From the NCBI GenBank assembly GCA_049421125.1, contig JBMSML010000001.1, forward strand, positions 1 through 61,924: a stretch of 61,924 nucleotides of DNA, read 5' to 3'. Made by a program: the position numbers and the translations under genes. Within the stretch, counting starts at the first letter, position 1. Each line of letters starts with the position of its first letter. Under the pieces are notes generated by a model. It saw only the letters and a list, made by a program, of their open reading frames with translations, was not told the origin of the DNA and ran no database searches. The DNA comes from Burkholderiaceae bacterium. GTDB lineage: Bacteria; Pseudomonadota; Gammaproteobacteria; Burkholderiales; Burkholderiaceae_A. This document shows, one piece after another, positions 20,780-32,015 of this stretch.

Positions 20780-21956
20780 AATTATTCCAAGAGGATTTCA
20801 AGGCGTCTGGTTCAGGTTAAGACCATTGGTCGCGGTGCTCGATGGTCCTTTCATGAGTCTATTTTTGGGCGTTGCGGCACTTTCCTGTCTGATTCTGTAT
20901 AGCGCGGGCAATGATTTTGATGGGCGATTTGCCGGGCATATTCGTAATCTCGTTATCGCCGTGGCCATCATGTGGGTCGTGGCCCACATCTCGCCATCGG
21001 TCATTCAGCGGGTGGCCGTGCCGCTCTTTGTTCTGGGCCTACTGTTGCTCGTGGCTGTTGCTGTTGCGGGGGATGTCTCTAAAGGGGCGCGACGTTGGTT
21101 AAACATCGGAATCACGCGCATACAACCCTCGGAGATCATGAAAATTGCCATGCCGTTGATGTTGGCCTGGTTAGTGCATAAGTACGAGGGCCTGCGCAAC
21201 GTCCGCCAGTGGGCGGTCGCCGTGATGATCCTGTTGGTGCCCACCGCGTTCATTCTGGCCCAGCCGGATTTAGGCACCGCGATCCTCGTGTTCTCGGCCG
21301 GATTGTTCGTACTTTTTTTTGCGGGACTGTCGTGGCGTTTGGTGTTCATTGTGCTGGGGATCGTTGTCGTGGCGGTAGTTGGTCTGATTCTCTTTGGCGA
21401 CGCGGCCTGTGCCGACAGCGTGTCATGGCCCGGACTGCGGGAGTATCAGCGACAGCGCATCTGCACCCTCTTGGATCCCATGCGCGATCCACTGGGCAAG
21501 GGGTTCCACATCATTCAATCGGTCATTGCGGTGGGTTCGGGCGGCTTGTTTGGCAAGGGGTGGATGCAGGGCACTCAGACCCATCTGGAGTTTATTCCGG
21601 AGCGGACCACGGACTTCCTGTTTGCCGCTTATTCGGAGGAGTTCGGGCTCCTGGGCAATATGCTGTTGGTGGCTTTGTATGCCGGTCTTATCCTGCGCGG
21701 ACTCTGGATTGCCATCGGAGCGCCCACCCTGTTTTCCCGGTTGTTGGCGGGGGCCATTTCGCTCACCATTTTTAACTACGCATTTGTGAACATGGGCATG
21801 GTCACGGGCATTTTGCCGGTGGTGGGCGTGCCCTTGCCATGGATGTCCTATGGCGGCACCGCGATGGTGACGCTCGGATTCGGCGCCGGCATTCTCATGA
21901 GCATTGCCCGTACTCGATCACAGACTGTGCAGGGATTTGTTCTCCAGCGACAATAG
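20769..21956 (+). CDS. rodA: SEDS peptidoglycan polymerase RodA
   Basis: GARRWL, QPSE, QPDLGTA, PERTTDF, SYGG; GTG start overlapping the mrdA end (start approximate). Confidence 0.95.
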   Translation: MPSEIIPRGFQGVWFRLRPLVAVLDGPFMSLFLGVAALSCLILYSAGNDFDGRFAGHIRNLVIAVAIMWVVAHISPSVIQRVAVPLFVLGLLLLVAVAVAGDVSKGARRWLNIGITRIQPSEIMKIAMPLMLAWLVHKYEGLRNVRQWAVAVMILLVPTAFILAQPDLGTAILVFSAGLFVLFFAGLSWRLVFIVLGIVVVAVVGLILFGDAACADSVSWPGLREYQRQRICTLLDPMRDPLGKGFHIIQSVIAVGSGGLFGKGWMQGTQTHLEFIPERTTDFLFAAYSEEFGLLGNMLLVALYAGLILRGLWIAIGAPTLFSRLLAGAISLTIFNYAFVNMGMVTGILPVVGVPLPWMSYGGTAMVTLGFGAGILMSIARTRSQTVQGFVLQRQ

Positions 21957-21960
21957 GGCC

Positions 21961-23745
21961 ATGGTGGCGACCCCGACGGTGATCGGGGGGCCCAACGCAA
22001 GGGAGAGCATGCACATGGGTCAGCCGCTGGCCGCTGCAAAAACCATCTTGGATGGGTTTGATCGGCACTACGCATTGTTTCGTTACAACGCCCAGCAGGC
22101 CAAACAGCGGTTTGAGTCCGGGGACTATCACGGAATTCGCCGATTAGCCCGAGAGCGGATCACGTTTTACGATCAACGAGTGATCGAGGCCCACGACCAG
22201 ATGAAGGCCCTGATCGCCTATAGCGACAACTCGGGCGCCTTCTGGCAGGACGTAAAAAAGTCCTTCACATGGCTGATCTCGGATCACCGCCAACCCGAAC
22301 TTGCCGAGACATTTTTTAACTCGGTCACCACCAAGTTGCTGCAGCGGGAGTATTTCCGTAATGACCTGCTGTTTGTGCGACCGCAGATTTCCACCGAGTA
22401 TCTGGACTCGGATCCGCCCTCCTATCGGGTCTACTACCCTCGACGCCGTGGCTTGAAACAGGCGCTGATCGACATCGCTGTGGACATCGGACTGGCTTGT
22501 CCATGGGATGATATTTCCCGGGATCTGCGATTTATTCGGCGGGCCATCGGTGAGCGCTTAGAGCGCCCCTGGCACTCCCAGGCGGATCTGCAGATTCATG
22601 TGTTGCGCTCCCTATTTTTCCGCAACAAAGGGGCTTACCTGATTGGCCGCATCGTCAACGATGGCGATCCGATTCCGTTTGCCGTGCCCATTATGCGCAA
22701 CCGTCAGGGTCGCGTCTATATTGATACCGTGCTGTTTCAGCCTGAGCAGATCTCGGTGCTGTTTTCTTTTGCCCGCTCCTATTTTATGGTCGACATGGAG
22801 GTGCCCTCGGCCTATGTGCAGTTCCTGAGAACCCTGCTGCCCAATAAGGCGAAGAGCGAGCTCTACACGATGTTAGGGCTACAAAAACAGGGTAAAACCC
22901 TGTTCTATCGTGACATGCTCTTGCATTTAAAGCATTCCACCGATCGGTTCAAAATTGCCGACGGTATCAAAGGATTGGTGATGCTGGTGTTCACCCTGCC
23001 GTCGTTTCCGTATGTGTTCAAGATCATTAAAGACAAACGCAGCAAGGACGTCACGCGCGAACACATTGAGTCTAAATACCAGTTGGTGAAGGTCCATGAT
23101 CGTGCCGGACGCATGGCCGACACCTGGGAATATTCCAACGTGGACTTTCCCCGTGCACGTTTTGAAAATAGCCTGATTGAGGAACTCCGGGAGTTCGCAC
23201 CCTCGATGATGACCGAGCTTGATGATCGCATCGTACTCAAACACCTGTACATCGAACGTCGCATGATCCCCCTGAACATTTTTCTGGAACATGCCACCGA
23301 ACAGGAAGTGGATATGGCCGTCAAGGAATATGGCGACGCCATCAAACAACTGGTAGCCGCCAATATTTTCCCGGGTGACATGCTCTATAAAAACTTCGGT
23401 ATGACCCGACAGCGTCGTGTGGTGTTTTATGATTACGACGAGATTGAGTACCTGACGGATTGCAATTTCCGACGCATCCCGCCGCCGCGCACACCTGAAG
23501 ATGAAATGGCCTCGGAGCCCTGGTACACCATCGGTCCTAAGGATGTGTTCCCCGAGGAGTTTGAGGTATTTCTGTTGGGCCAGCCCCGTCTTCGCACGGC
23601 GTTTATGCGCTATCACGCCGACCTCTTGACCCCGCAGTACTGGGTGGCCCAGCAGGAAAGAATTCGTAAGGGTGTTCTGGACGATGTGTACCCGTATGCG
23701 GAAAGCCTGCGGTTTTGTCATGAGCAGGAACAGACAGAGGGATAA
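21961..23745 (+). CDS. aceK: Isocitrate dehydrogenase kinase/phosphatase
   Basis: ELAETFFNS, GIKGLVMLVF, HDRAGRMADT, NIFPGDMLYKNFG, VFYDYDE. Confidence 0.95.
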   Translation: MVATPTVIGGPNARESMHMGQPLAAAKTILDGFDRHYALFRYNAQQAKQRFESGDYHGIRRLARERITFYDQRVIEAHDQMKALIAYSDNSGAFWQDVKKSFTWLISDHRQPELAETFFNSVTTKLLQREYFRNDLLFVRPQISTEYLDSDPPSYRVYYPRRRGLKQALIDIAVDIGLACPWDDISRDLRFIRRAIGERLERPWHSQADLQIHVLRSLFFRNKGAYLIGRIVNDGDPIPFAVPIMRNRQGRVYIDTVLFQPEQISVLFSFARSYFMVDMEVPSAYVQFLRTLLPNKAKSELYTMLGLQKQGKTLFYRDMLLHLKHSTDRFKIADGIKGLVMLVFTLPSFPYVFKIIKDKRSKDVTREHIESKYQLVKVHDRAGRMADTWEYSNVDFPRARFENSLIEELREFAPSMMTELDDRIVLKHLYIERRMIPLNIFLEHATEQEVDMAVKEYGDAIKQLVAANIFPGDMLYKNFGMTRQRRVVFYDYDEIEYLTDCNFRRIPPPRTPEDEMASEPWYTIGPKDVFPEEFEVFLLGQPRLRTAFMRYHADLLTPQYWVAQQERIRKGVLDDVYPYAESLRFCHEQEQTEG

Positions 23746-23754
23746 CGACCGCTG

Positions 23755-25449
23755 ATGACCACCGCACTTGAATTCGATACGGTTATTGTCGGTGCAGGCA
23801 GTGCCGGTTGCCTGTTGGCCAATCGGCTTTCCGCCGATCCGAGCCGGCAGGTTCTGCTGATTGAGGCCGGTGGAGAAGACGACTGGTTCTGGATCAAGAT
23901 CCCGGTCGGTTATCTGTTCACCATTGCCAACCCGCGCACCGATTGGTGTTTTAAAACCGAGCCGGATCCTGGGTTAAACGGCCGCTCCATCCACTACGCC
24001 CGCGGCCGTGTGATTGGCGGATGTTCGTCGATTAACGCCATGATTTACATGCGGGGTCAGGAATCGGACTACACCCAGTGGGCGGATGTCACCGGGGACC
24101 ACGGCTGGTCCTGGTCCGAGGCCTTGTCGGTATACCGATCCATTGAAGACCACTTTGGCGGCGCCAACGACGTTCATGGAGCAGGCGGTGAGATGCGGGT
24201 GGAGTCCCCTCGGGTGCGCTGGGAGATTCTGGATGCCTGGCGCAAGGCCGCTGCTGAACAGGGCATTGCCGCCATTGATGAGTTCAACCGCGGCGATAAC
24301 TCGGGCTGTGCGTATTTTCATATGACCCAAAAACGTGGGGTGCGCTGGTCGATGGCCGATGCATTCCTGCATCCGATTCGACATCGGAAAAATCTCACCG
24401 TCATGACCAAGACCCAGGTGTTGCGTATCCTCACGCAGCCCATTTCGGAAGCCACGCAGCAGCAGTCGCGCTATCGTCGCGCTGCCTGGGCCGATGCATC
24501 ACGGGAAGCATGCGGACTGGAAGTCCTCCAGGATGAGGTGCGTCGCACCGTGAGCGTTCGAGATCAGTTGATTCTGGCGGCAGGTGCTGTGTCATCGCCC
24601 CATCTTTTACAGGTCTCCGGTATTGGTGCCGCGCCGATGCTCTCGGGCCTTGACATCACGCCGATCTGCGATCTTCCGGGCGTGGGAGAGAATCTGCAAG
24701 ATCATCTTCAGATCCGAACGGTTTATAAAGTGGAGCGCTGTAACACCGTGAACACGTTGTATCGTAATCCGATCACCCGCCTGGGCATGGGATTGCAATA
24801 CGCCCTCTTTCGCACGGGCCCGCTCACCATGCCCCCATCGACGCTTGGCGCGTTCGCAAAAAGTAACTCTGCGCAACCCACGGCCAATATCGAGTGGCAT
24901 GTGCAGCCGCTGTCCCTGCCTAGATTTGGCGAACCGCTGCATCCCTTTAACGCCATTACCCCGAGCGTGTGCAATCTGCGTCCGACCTCCCGAGGCTGGA
25001 TTCGTCCGGCCCACCCTGACCCGATGGCATCCCCTAAGATTTTCTGCAATTACCTATCCACGCCAGAAGATCGACAGGTGGCGGTGGAAGGGCTGCAATT
25101 CACACGCCGGATCATGGGCAGCGCCGCCTTGGCACCCTACCGTCCGCAGGAACTCCTGCCGGGGAGTGCCTTACAGACCGAATCGGAGCTGGCCAGTGCA
25201 GCGGGTGATTTGGGCACCACAATTTTTCATCCGGTGGCCACATGTGCCATGGGCCATGTGGATGCACGGGGCCGGGCCACGAATCCGATGACGGTATTGG
25301 ATTCCGAGTGTCGCCTGCGGGGAGTGGCCCGACTTCGAGTGGTGGATGCATCGAGCATGCCGTCGATTACCTCGGGCAACACCAATGCGCCCGTGATGCT
25401 GATCGCTGAACGTATCTCCCGAAAAATGATCACTGAATATGGGAAGTGA
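23755..25449 (+). CDS. GMC family flavoprotein oxidoreductase (choline dehydrogenase-like)
   Basis: GAGSAG, GGCSSINAMIY, GENLQDH, catalytic HP and GNTNAP. Confidence 0.9.
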   Translation: MTTALEFDTVIVGAGSAGCLLANRLSADPSRQVLLIEAGGEDDWFWIKIPVGYLFTIANPRTDWCFKTEPDPGLNGRSIHYARGRVIGGCSSINAMIYMRGQESDYTQWADVTGDHGWSWSEALSVYRSIEDHFGGANDVHGAGGEMRVESPRVRWEILDAWRKAAAEQGIAAIDEFNRGDNSGCAYFHMTQKRGVRWSMADAFLHPIRHRKNLTVMTKTQVLRILTQPISEATQQQSRYRRAAWADASREACGLEVLQDEVRRTVSVRDQLILAAGAVSSPHLLQVSGIGAAPMLSGLDITPICDLPGVGENLQDHLQIRTVYKVERCNTVNTLYRNPITRLGMGLQYALFRTGPLTMPPSTLGAFAKSNSAQPTANIEWHVQPLSLPRFGEPLHPFNAITPSVCNLRPTSRGWIRPAHPDPMASPKIFCNYLSTPEDRQVAVEGLQFTRRIMGSAALAPYRPQELLPGSALQTESELASAAGDLGTTIFHPVATCAMGHVDARGRATNPMTVLDSECRLRGVARLRVVDASSMPSITSGNTNAPVMLIAERISRKMITEYGK

Positions 25450-25882
25450 TAGCGGGTCCGTGGATACGGTGATCCTGGATACCAATATTATTTTGGATCT
25501 GTACGTCTATCAGGATCCACGCACCTCGGCGTTGCGCAGCATGATGGCACAGTGTAAGCCGGATCTGCCGACCTGCGCTCAAGGGCGCACTGAATTGATC
25601 GATGTATTGGCCCGAGAAAAATTCAGACTCACGCTAGAGCAGCAGCAGGCAATTGTGGCGCAGTGGGACCAGGCATCCCGTTGCGTGCCACAGGACACCA
25701 TCCCTGAGGCACCCTGGCGCTGCAAAGATAAGGCGGATCAGATCTTTCTGAATATGGCGTGGATGCACCGCCCGTGCACCTTATTGTCGAAGGATCTCCA
25801 GGTACTCAGGTTTAAAAAGCGTGCACTGAAAGAAGGCGTGGTGATCGCCGATCAGTGGCACAGTGATGGCGAGACCCTATAG
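25439..25882 (+). CDS. PIN-domain protein
   Basis: ILDTNIILD, EL..VLAR, CKDKADQIF, LLSKD acidic pattern. Confidence 0.8.
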   Translation: MGSDSGSVDTVILDTNIILDLYVYQDPRTSALRSMMAQCKPDLPTCAQGRTELIDVLAREKFRLTLEQQQAIVAQWDQASRCVPQDTIPEAPWRCKDKADQIFLNMAWMHRPCTLLSKDLQVLRFKKRALKEGVVIADQWHSDGETL

Positions 25883-26677
25883 ATAATCAATGATCAGGGG
25901 CGCATGATCCGAAAAGCGGTCCTGGGTGTGAATGGTGGCCGACCGAGCGAGTGCGGCAATGCCAGGCGTCGCAACCTGATAGTCAATGCGCCACCCAACA
26001 TTCTTCGCCCGGGCTTGACCGCGTTGGCTCCACCACGTGTATTGATCCGGTCGGGGGTCCAGTGTCCGAAACACGTCGACCCAACCCAGTTCATCGAATA
26101 AGCGGGTCAACCAGGCACGCTCCTCTGGAAGGAAGCCGGAGTTTTTTAGGTTGCCTTTCCAGTTTTTTAGATCGATTTCCCGATGGGCGATATTCCAGTC
26201 GCCGCAAATGACAAATTCACGGCCGCTGGCCCGATGTTCGGCCATCCAGTCCGTCATGATCGGGAAGAATGCATCCAGGAATCGGAATTTAGAGGCCTGT
26301 CGCTCAGGCGATGCAGAGCCGGACGGCAGGTAGACCGACACCACGGATACGGGAGTCTGCGCGCCATCGAAATCGGCACGCAGCACCCGGCCCTCCAGAT
26401 CAAACTCGGCTGTCCCAATGCCCCGAAGAACACGTGTGGGGGTAAGCCCACTGTACAGCCCCACACCGCTATAGCCTTTCTTTTGGGCCGCGTAAAAGTG
26501 CCCGGTCAGTCGTCGGTCGTTGTGGACGACGGCCAAGTGCTCATCGGATAAATCCGCTTCCTGCGCCTTGAGTTCCTGCACGCAGATCACATCGGCATGC
26601 TGCTGTCCAAGCCATGCCAGTGCGCCTTTGGTCGTCGCCGAGCGAATGCCATTGAAGTTCAGGGAAATAATGCGCAT
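25877..26677 (-). CDS. xth: Exodeoxyribonuclease III family AP endonuclease
   Basis: NGIRS, QELK, GYSGV, GDWNIAH, WRIDY, SDHAP. Confidence 0.93.
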   Translation of the reverse strand: MRIISLNFNGIRSATTKGALAWLGQQHADVICVQELKAQEADLSDEHLAVVHNDRRLTGHFYAAQKKGYSGVGLYSGLTPTRVLRGIGTAEFDLEGRVLRADFDGAQTPVSVVSVYLPSGSASPERQASKFRFLDAFFPIMTDWMAEHRASGREFVICGDWNIAHREIDLKNWKGNLKNSGFLPEERAWLTRLFDELGWVDVFRTLDPRPDQYTWWSQRGQARAKNVGWRIDYQVATPGIAALARSATIHTQDRFSDHAPLIIDYL

Positions 26678-26697
26678 GGGGTATATTCTCCCGCATC

Positions 26698-27396
26698 ATG
26701 CCCATCTCCGTGGATCCCCGTCCGGCCGATCAAGACTTTATTCGCTTTGCCATTGATACGGGTGTTCTGAAGTTCGGCAGCTTCACCACCAAGGCGGGCC
26801 GTTCATCACCTTATTTTTTCAATGCGGGTTTATTTGATCATGGCGGAACCTTAGGCCACCTGGCCGAGTTCTATGCCAAGACATTTCTGGCCGCAGAGTT
26901 TGATGGCCGGATCACCGTCGACTCCCTGTTTGGCCCCGCCTATAAAGGCATCACCTTGGCCAGCGCCACGGCAGTGGCCTTATCCAATGCCGGCCGTGAC
27001 ATCGGGTTTTCCTTCAACCGTAAAGAGGCAAAAGATCACGGTGAAGGCGGTGTGGTGGTGGGCAAAAAACTCGAAGGCCGGGTGCTGATCATCGATGATG
27101 TGATTTCTGCGGGCACGTCGGTGCGGGAATCCGTGGAGATCATTCGGGCGCACGGTGCGACACCGGCCGGTGTGCTGATCGCCCTGGATCGGATGGAGCG
27201 CGGTGGCACTGCCCAGGCGCCCACGGAGCGCTCGGCGGTGCAAGAGGTTCAGGATCTGTTCGGCATTCCCGTAATTGCGATTGCCACGCTCACCGATCTG
27301 TTGCAGTTTCTTCAGGACAGTCATGACCGGGCGCTATCGCATTACTGTGATGCGGTGGCCGACTACCGGCGTCAATGGGGTGTGCAGTCCGACTAA
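26698..27396 (+). CDS. pyrE: Orotate phosphoribosyltransferase
   Basis: [38 protein letters not shown]. Confidence 0.97.
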   Translation: MPISVDPRPADQDFIRFAIDTGVLKFGSFTTKAGRSSPYFFNAGLFDHGGTLGHLAEFYAKTFLAAEFDGRITVDSLFGPAYKGITLASATAVALSNAGRDIGFSFNRKEAKDHGEGGVVVGKKLEGRVLIIDDVISAGTSVRESVEIIRAHGATPAGVLIALDRMERGGTAQAPTERSAVQEVQDLFGIPVIAIATLTDLLQFLQDSHDRALSHYCDAVADYRRQWGVQSD

Positions 27397-28292
27397 AGGC
27401 TGGGATCCGGAGGCAGGCTGTCCATGGTGCGCCCAATCGCTCTGGCATAAAGCGGCAGCACTTGATCCAGATGGCGTTCAATATCCGAGATGCGACTGTT
27501 GCCCGATGGGTGAGTCGAGAGCCACTGCGGCGGTGCGTTTTTCGAGGCCGCCGACATCTTGCGCCACAGGGTAACGCCGGCACGCGGATCAAATCCACCG
27601 CGCGCCGCGATGTCCATACCGATCAGATCCGCTTCGCTTTCATTGTCACGTGAGAATTTCAAAATGGTGAGCTGAGCGCCATAGTCCATCACCGTGCGCC
27701 CAACATCTCCCAATCCCAGGATGGATGACAGCACGCCCGCTCCAATGCCCGTCAACTGACTCTTGGCGATCTGTTCGCGGGAGTGTTCGCGTAAGGCATG
27801 GGCCATTTCGTGGCCCATGATCATGGCCACTTCATCATCGGTCAGACGCAGCTGATCCAGGATACCGGTGTAAAAACCGATCTTACCGCCGGGCATACAG
27901 AAGGCGTTAATTTGCTTGACATGAAAGAGCTGGACTTCCCAGGCCCAGCGACTTGCACGGGCGTTCCAGCGCACGCTGTGGGGCATCAGGCGATTGGCAA
28001 TCTCCTTTAGGCGGATCAGTTGCGGATGGCCATCGGGCGCCAGCGCATTTTTCTGCGCCGCTTGTTGCTTCATTTGCTCAAACTGTCGGGCGGCGGATCG
28101 CTCCAATTGATCGGCCGGCACCAGGTTTTTTATGCGGGATGGTTTTTCCATCTGAATGCCGGCCTCATCGGCGGCCGATGGGCTCTGGGCCAGCAATGGC
28201 CGAGCCGGCATGCCCAGGCCTATGGCCAGCACCAGGCCCAGCAGTCCCGGCCCGATCCGACGGAAACAGAAGGTGAAAGCAGAAAATTTCAT
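27393..28292 (-). CDS. M48 family metallopeptidase
   Basis: [24 protein letters not shown]; signal peptide (start uncertain). Confidence 0.9.
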   Translation of the reverse strand: MKFSAFTFCFRRIGPGLLGLVLAIGLGMPARPLLAQSPSAADEAGIQMEKPSRIKNLVPADQLERSAARQFEQMKQQAAQKNALAPDGHPQLIRLKEIANRLMPHSVRWNARASRWAWEVQLFHVKQINAFCMPGGKIGFYTGILDQLRLTDDEVAMIMGHEMAHALREHSREQIAKSQLTGIGAGVLSSILGLGDVGRTVMDYGAQLTILKFSRDNESEADLIGMDIAARGGFDPRAGVTLWRKMSAASKNAPPQWLSTHPSGNSRISDIERHLDQVLPLYARAIGRTMDSLPPDPSL

Positions 28293-28396
28293 AACCGTTG
28301 ACAATAGCGCCAGTTCACACGCTTGACGAGAATTTTTATTTGAACACGCCTTCTCAGAATCGTTCATCGACACCCCCGACCACCACTCCCGCCGCG

Positions 28397-29674
28397 ATGG
28401 TCAATGGGCCCGGGGGATCGATCGTGCCCACGAGATCGTTGTTGCTGATGACCTTGTGCCTGGGCTTTGCCAGTGGCTTGCCGCTTGCCCTTTCAACGGG
28501 CACGCTGCAGGCCTGGTTGACCGTTGAAGGCGTCAATCTGAAAACCTTGGGCTGGCTCACGCTGTTGGGCTTGCCCTATACCTATAAGTTCACCTGGTCC
28601 CCTGTGCTGGATCGTTACCGTTTGCCGGGGCTATGGGCTGGCCGTCGTCGGGGCTGGCTGGTGGTGCTGATGGTGTTGATGGCAGGGGTGCTCTTGGCCA
28701 TGTCCTATCAACGTCCGAGTGCCTCGGACGAAAGCCTGTGGGGCATCGCCCTGTTGGCGTTTTGTCTGGTGCTGCTGTCGGCGAGTTTTGACATTGTGTT
28801 TGATGCCTGGCGGGCCGAGTCCTTAACGGCAGCACAGCGCGGTCTGGGCGCCGCCTGGTCGGTGATTGGCTATCGAATCGCCATGCTGACATCCGGCGGT
28901 CTGGCCTTGATGATCGCAGATCTTTATCTTGGATTTGCCGGCGTGTATCGCGTGATGGCGGCGCTGTGTGTATTCCTGGCGGTATTGGCCACCTTCGCAC
29001 CCGAACCGACCGCGGCGGCACCACCGCGATCGCTGATGGCCGCCACGGTCGAACCGTTTAAAGAATTCTTTGCCCGCGATGGAGCGCTCTGGATTCTGCT
29101 CACCATCATCTTGTATAAGTTGGGCGATGCCTTTGCCGGCAGTCTATCCACCGCTTTTTTGATCCGTGGTGCGGGGTTCACGCCGGCGGAAGTCGGGGCT
29201 GTCAATAAGGGCATGGGATTGCTGGCCACCCTGGTGGGCGGCTTGGCCGGTGGACTCCTGATGGCCCGTATCTCGTTATGGAAAGCACTGCTGATGTTTG
29301 GCGTTATGCAGGCTGCGACAAATCTGGGCTTTTGGTGGCTGGCGGCATTTCCACCGACATTGATCGACATGACGGCCGTGGTGTTATTAGAAAATCTCGC
29401 CGGTGGAATGGGCACCGCGGCCTTTGTGGCGCTCTTGATGGCCTTATGCGATGTCCGTTTTACCGCCACACAGTTCGCCCTATTGTCGGCGCTTGCCTCG
29501 ATCGGGCGCGTGGTGGTGGGCCCGGTGGCGGGGATCACCGCCACCGACTGGGGCTGGGCAAACTTTTTTCTGCTCTCAACTGCCGCTGCATTGCCGGGTC
29601 TGGTGATGCTCTTTGCGATCAAGCGCCACTTGGAGCGCTATCAGGTGACCCGCCCTCCGGCAGCGACTACTTAA
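28397..29674 (+). CDS. ampG: AmpG family muropeptide MFS transporter
   Basis: LGFASGLP, KFTWSPVLD, GRRRGW, YKLGD, ATQFALLS (start uncertain). Confidence 0.9.
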   Translation: MVNGPGGSIVPTRSLLLMTLCLGFASGLPLALSTGTLQAWLTVEGVNLKTLGWLTLLGLPYTYKFTWSPVLDRYRLPGLWAGRRRGWLVVLMVLMAGVLLAMSYQRPSASDESLWGIALLAFCLVLLSASFDIVFDAWRAESLTAAQRGLGAAWSVIGYRIAMLTSGGLALMIADLYLGFAGVYRVMAALCVFLAVLATFAPEPTAAAPPRSLMAATVEPFKEFFARDGALWILLTIILYKLGDAFAGSLSTAFLIRGAGFTPAEVGAVNKGMGLLATLVGGLAGGLLMARISLWKALLMFGVMQAATNLGFWWLAAFPPTLIDMTAVVLLENLAGGMGTAAFVALLMALCDVRFTATQFALLSALASIGRVVVGPVAGITATDWGWANFFLLSTAAALPGLVMLFAIKRHLERYQVTRPPAATT

Positions 29675-30092
29675 CCACCAGTACGGGCACCGGGCTGTGG
29701 CTGATCAGTTTGGTGGTGACCGAGCCCAGAATCAGATCACTGATGCTGCTGCGGCCTTTGCCACCGACCACCAAGAGATTTAGGTTTTGTTTTTTGACGA
29801 TGTCGAGAATGGTTGCAGCGACCTCGCCGTGACCCTTAATGACGGTGAAGGAAAGTCCGGCCTCGGCCAGGATTTTCTTGGCATCTTTAAGTTCCTCTTC
29901 GGCGATCTGATCCATGTACTGCTCAATCTGATGGCGATCAATGCCCTTGGCCACCGGGGAAATCAGGGCGGACAGATGCACATTGAGCAGCAGCAATTCC
30001 GGCGTTTGTTTGAGTGCATTCGATACGGTGACGGCTTCGCGCACGGCGCGTAATGAGTTTTCAGAGCCGTCTACGGCAATGGCAATACGCAT
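29667..30092 (-). CDS. Universal stress protein
   Basis: IAVDGS, G-2x-G-9x-GS-type GGKGRSSISDLILGSVT, PVLVVK. Confidence 0.92.
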   Translation of the reverse strand: MRIAIAVDGSENSLRAVREAVTVSNALKQTPELLLLNVHLSALISPVAKGIDRHQIEQYMDQIAEEELKDAKKILAEAGLSFTVIKGHGEVAATILDIVKKQNLNLLVVGGKGRSSISDLILGSVTTKLISHSPVPVLVVK

Positions 30093-30154
30093 GATCGGGA
30101 ACTCCTTATTGAAACGGGGCCGGACAATCGGGCGGCCGGTGAGTGGTCAAGCGT

Positions 30155-32011
30155 CTATTCTACCGTGACACTTTTTGCGAGATTGCGAGGCTTGTCCACG
30201 TCATTTCCACGTGCAAGGGCCACGTGGTAGGCCAGAAGCTGCAAGGGAATCACATGCAGGATCGGGGAGAGCAGCCCGGCGTGATCACCCAGTGTGATCA
30301 CGTGCACACCGTCACCGCTGACAATCCCGGCACCCTTATCCGCAATGATGTACAGCTCACCGCCTCGGGCGCGCACCTCTTGGAGATTGCTCTTCAGCTT
30401 TTCCACTAACTGGTCATGGGGGGCGACCGCCACCACCGGCATGTCCGCATCGACCAGGGCCAAGGGTCCGTGCTTGAGTTCGCCCGCCGCGTACGCCTCG
30501 GCGTGGATATAGCTGATCTCTTTAAGTTTTAGTGCGCCTTCCATGGCGATCGGATAGTGGATGCCGCGACCTAGAAAAAGCGCATGGTGTTTTTCCACAA
30601 ATCGCGTGGACCAAGACCGGAATTCCTCTTCGGCGGAGAGCACCTGCAATATGGCCGTGGGCAGATGCCGCAGCTGGGCCAGCAGCAACTGCTCCTGATC
30701 CGATGGTAGGCGTCCGCGCAATTTGGCCAACACCAGGGTCAGCAAAAATAAGGCGGCCAACTGTGTGGTGAACGCCTTGGTGGAGGCGACGCCGATTTCG
30801 GGACCCGCCCGGGTCAGGAACCGCAGATCGGAGCCGCGAATCAAGGCCGATTCTGGAACATTGCAAATCGACAGACTGGCGAGCAATCCTTGTCGCGCCG
30901 CAAATTGCAGCGCGGCCAGCGTGTCGGCCGTTTCGCCCGACTGTGAAATCGTGATCACCAGGGTATTCGGCAAGGTAACGCCATCGCGATAACGATACTC
31001 GCTGGCGATCTCCACTGATGTTGGAATCCGGGCGATGGACTCCAGCCAGTAGCGTGCCACCAGACCGGCGTGATAACTCGTGCCACAGGCCAGAATCAGG
31101 ATCTGCTGGGCGTGGGTGAGCGGGTGTTCGGCCTGCATTCCAAAGAGCACCGGGGAGAGCGATTGCGCACCGATCACCTCTTCCAGCGTGGCGGCGATTG
31201 CACCGGGCTGCTCAAAAATTTCTTTTTGCATGTAGTGGGCGTAGGGGCCCAGCTCAATGGCATCCAAAGATAAACGGCTGAGTGTGATCGGCCGATCCAC
31301 GGGCTGGCCGTCCGCATCAACGACCGTCATCGATTCCGGGTGCAGCGTCACCAGATCACCGTCTTCCAAGTACATGATGGAGCGCGTCACCTGTAACAGG
31401 GCCGAGGTGTCCGAGGCTAGAAAATGCTCACCGACCTGGGGCGCGCCCACGCCCACCAATAACGGTGCACCGTGGCGCGCTCCCACCAGGCAATTGGCAT
31501 CACGGTTGCACATCACCGCAATCGCAAACGCGCCGGTCAATCGTTGGCAGGCGGCCTGAACCGCCTGGGTCAGACTGGTACCGGTGGATCGCAAGGCATG
31601 CACCAGATGGGCAATCACCTCGGTATCGGTCTGGGATTCAAACGCGTACCCCTGTTGTTGGAGTTCAGCCCGCAAGGCGTCGTGATTCTCAATAATCCCG
31701 TTGTGAACCACACAGACTTCGAGTCCACGGGCAGACGAGATATGGGGATGGGCATTCTCGGTGGTCACCCCACCATGAGTCGCCCAACGGGTATGGGCAA
31801 TTCCGATCGAAGCCGATAACGAACCGCATTGGGCCTCGAGTTCGGCCACGCGGCCTACGGCGCGCACCCGACGCAGACGGTCCGATTCCCCGATAGCCAG
31901 ACCGGCGGAGTCATAACCGCGGTATTCGAGCTTGCGCAGACCTTCGATTAAAACCGGAACAACATTTCGTCCTTGTTCCGGTTGGGCAATGGCGCCCACA
32001 ATCCCACACAT
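30155..32011 (-). CDS. glmS: Glutamine--fructose-6-phosphate aminotransferase
   Basis: [37 protein letters not shown]. Confidence 0.98.
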   Translation of the reverse strand: MCGIVGAIAQPEQGRNVVPVLIEGLRKLEYRGYDSAGLAIGESDRLRRVRAVGRVAELEAQCGSLSASIGIAHTRWATHGGVTTENAHPHISSARGLEVCVVHNGIIENHDALRAELQQQGYAFESQTDTEVIAHLVHALRSTGTSLTQAVQAACQRLTGAFAIAVMCNRDANCLVGARHGAPLLVGVGAPQVGEHFLASDTSALLQVTRSIMYLEDGDLVTLHPESMTVVDADGQPVDRPITLSRLSLDAIELGPYAHYMQKEIFEQPGAIAATLEEVIGAQSLSPVLFGMQAEHPLTHAQQILILACGTSYHAGLVARYWLESIARIPTSVEIASEYRYRDGVTLPNTLVITISQSGETADTLAALQFAARQGLLASLSICNVPESALIRGSDLRFLTRAGPEIGVASTKAFTTQLAALFLLTLVLAKLRGRLPSDQEQLLLAQLRHLPTAILQVLSAEEEFRSWSTRFVEKHHALFLGRGIHYPIAMEGALKLKEISYIHAEAYAAGELKHGPLALVDADMPVVAVAPHDQLVEKLKSNLQEVRARGGELYIIADKGAGIVSGDGVHVITLGDHAGLLSPILHVIPLQLLAYHVALARGNDVDKPRNLAKSVTVE

Positions 32012-32015
32012 CGGT

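Noticed and set aside
32012-32015. glmS ribozyme or long regulatory leader
   Set aside because: glmU and glmS are separated by only 4 bp.
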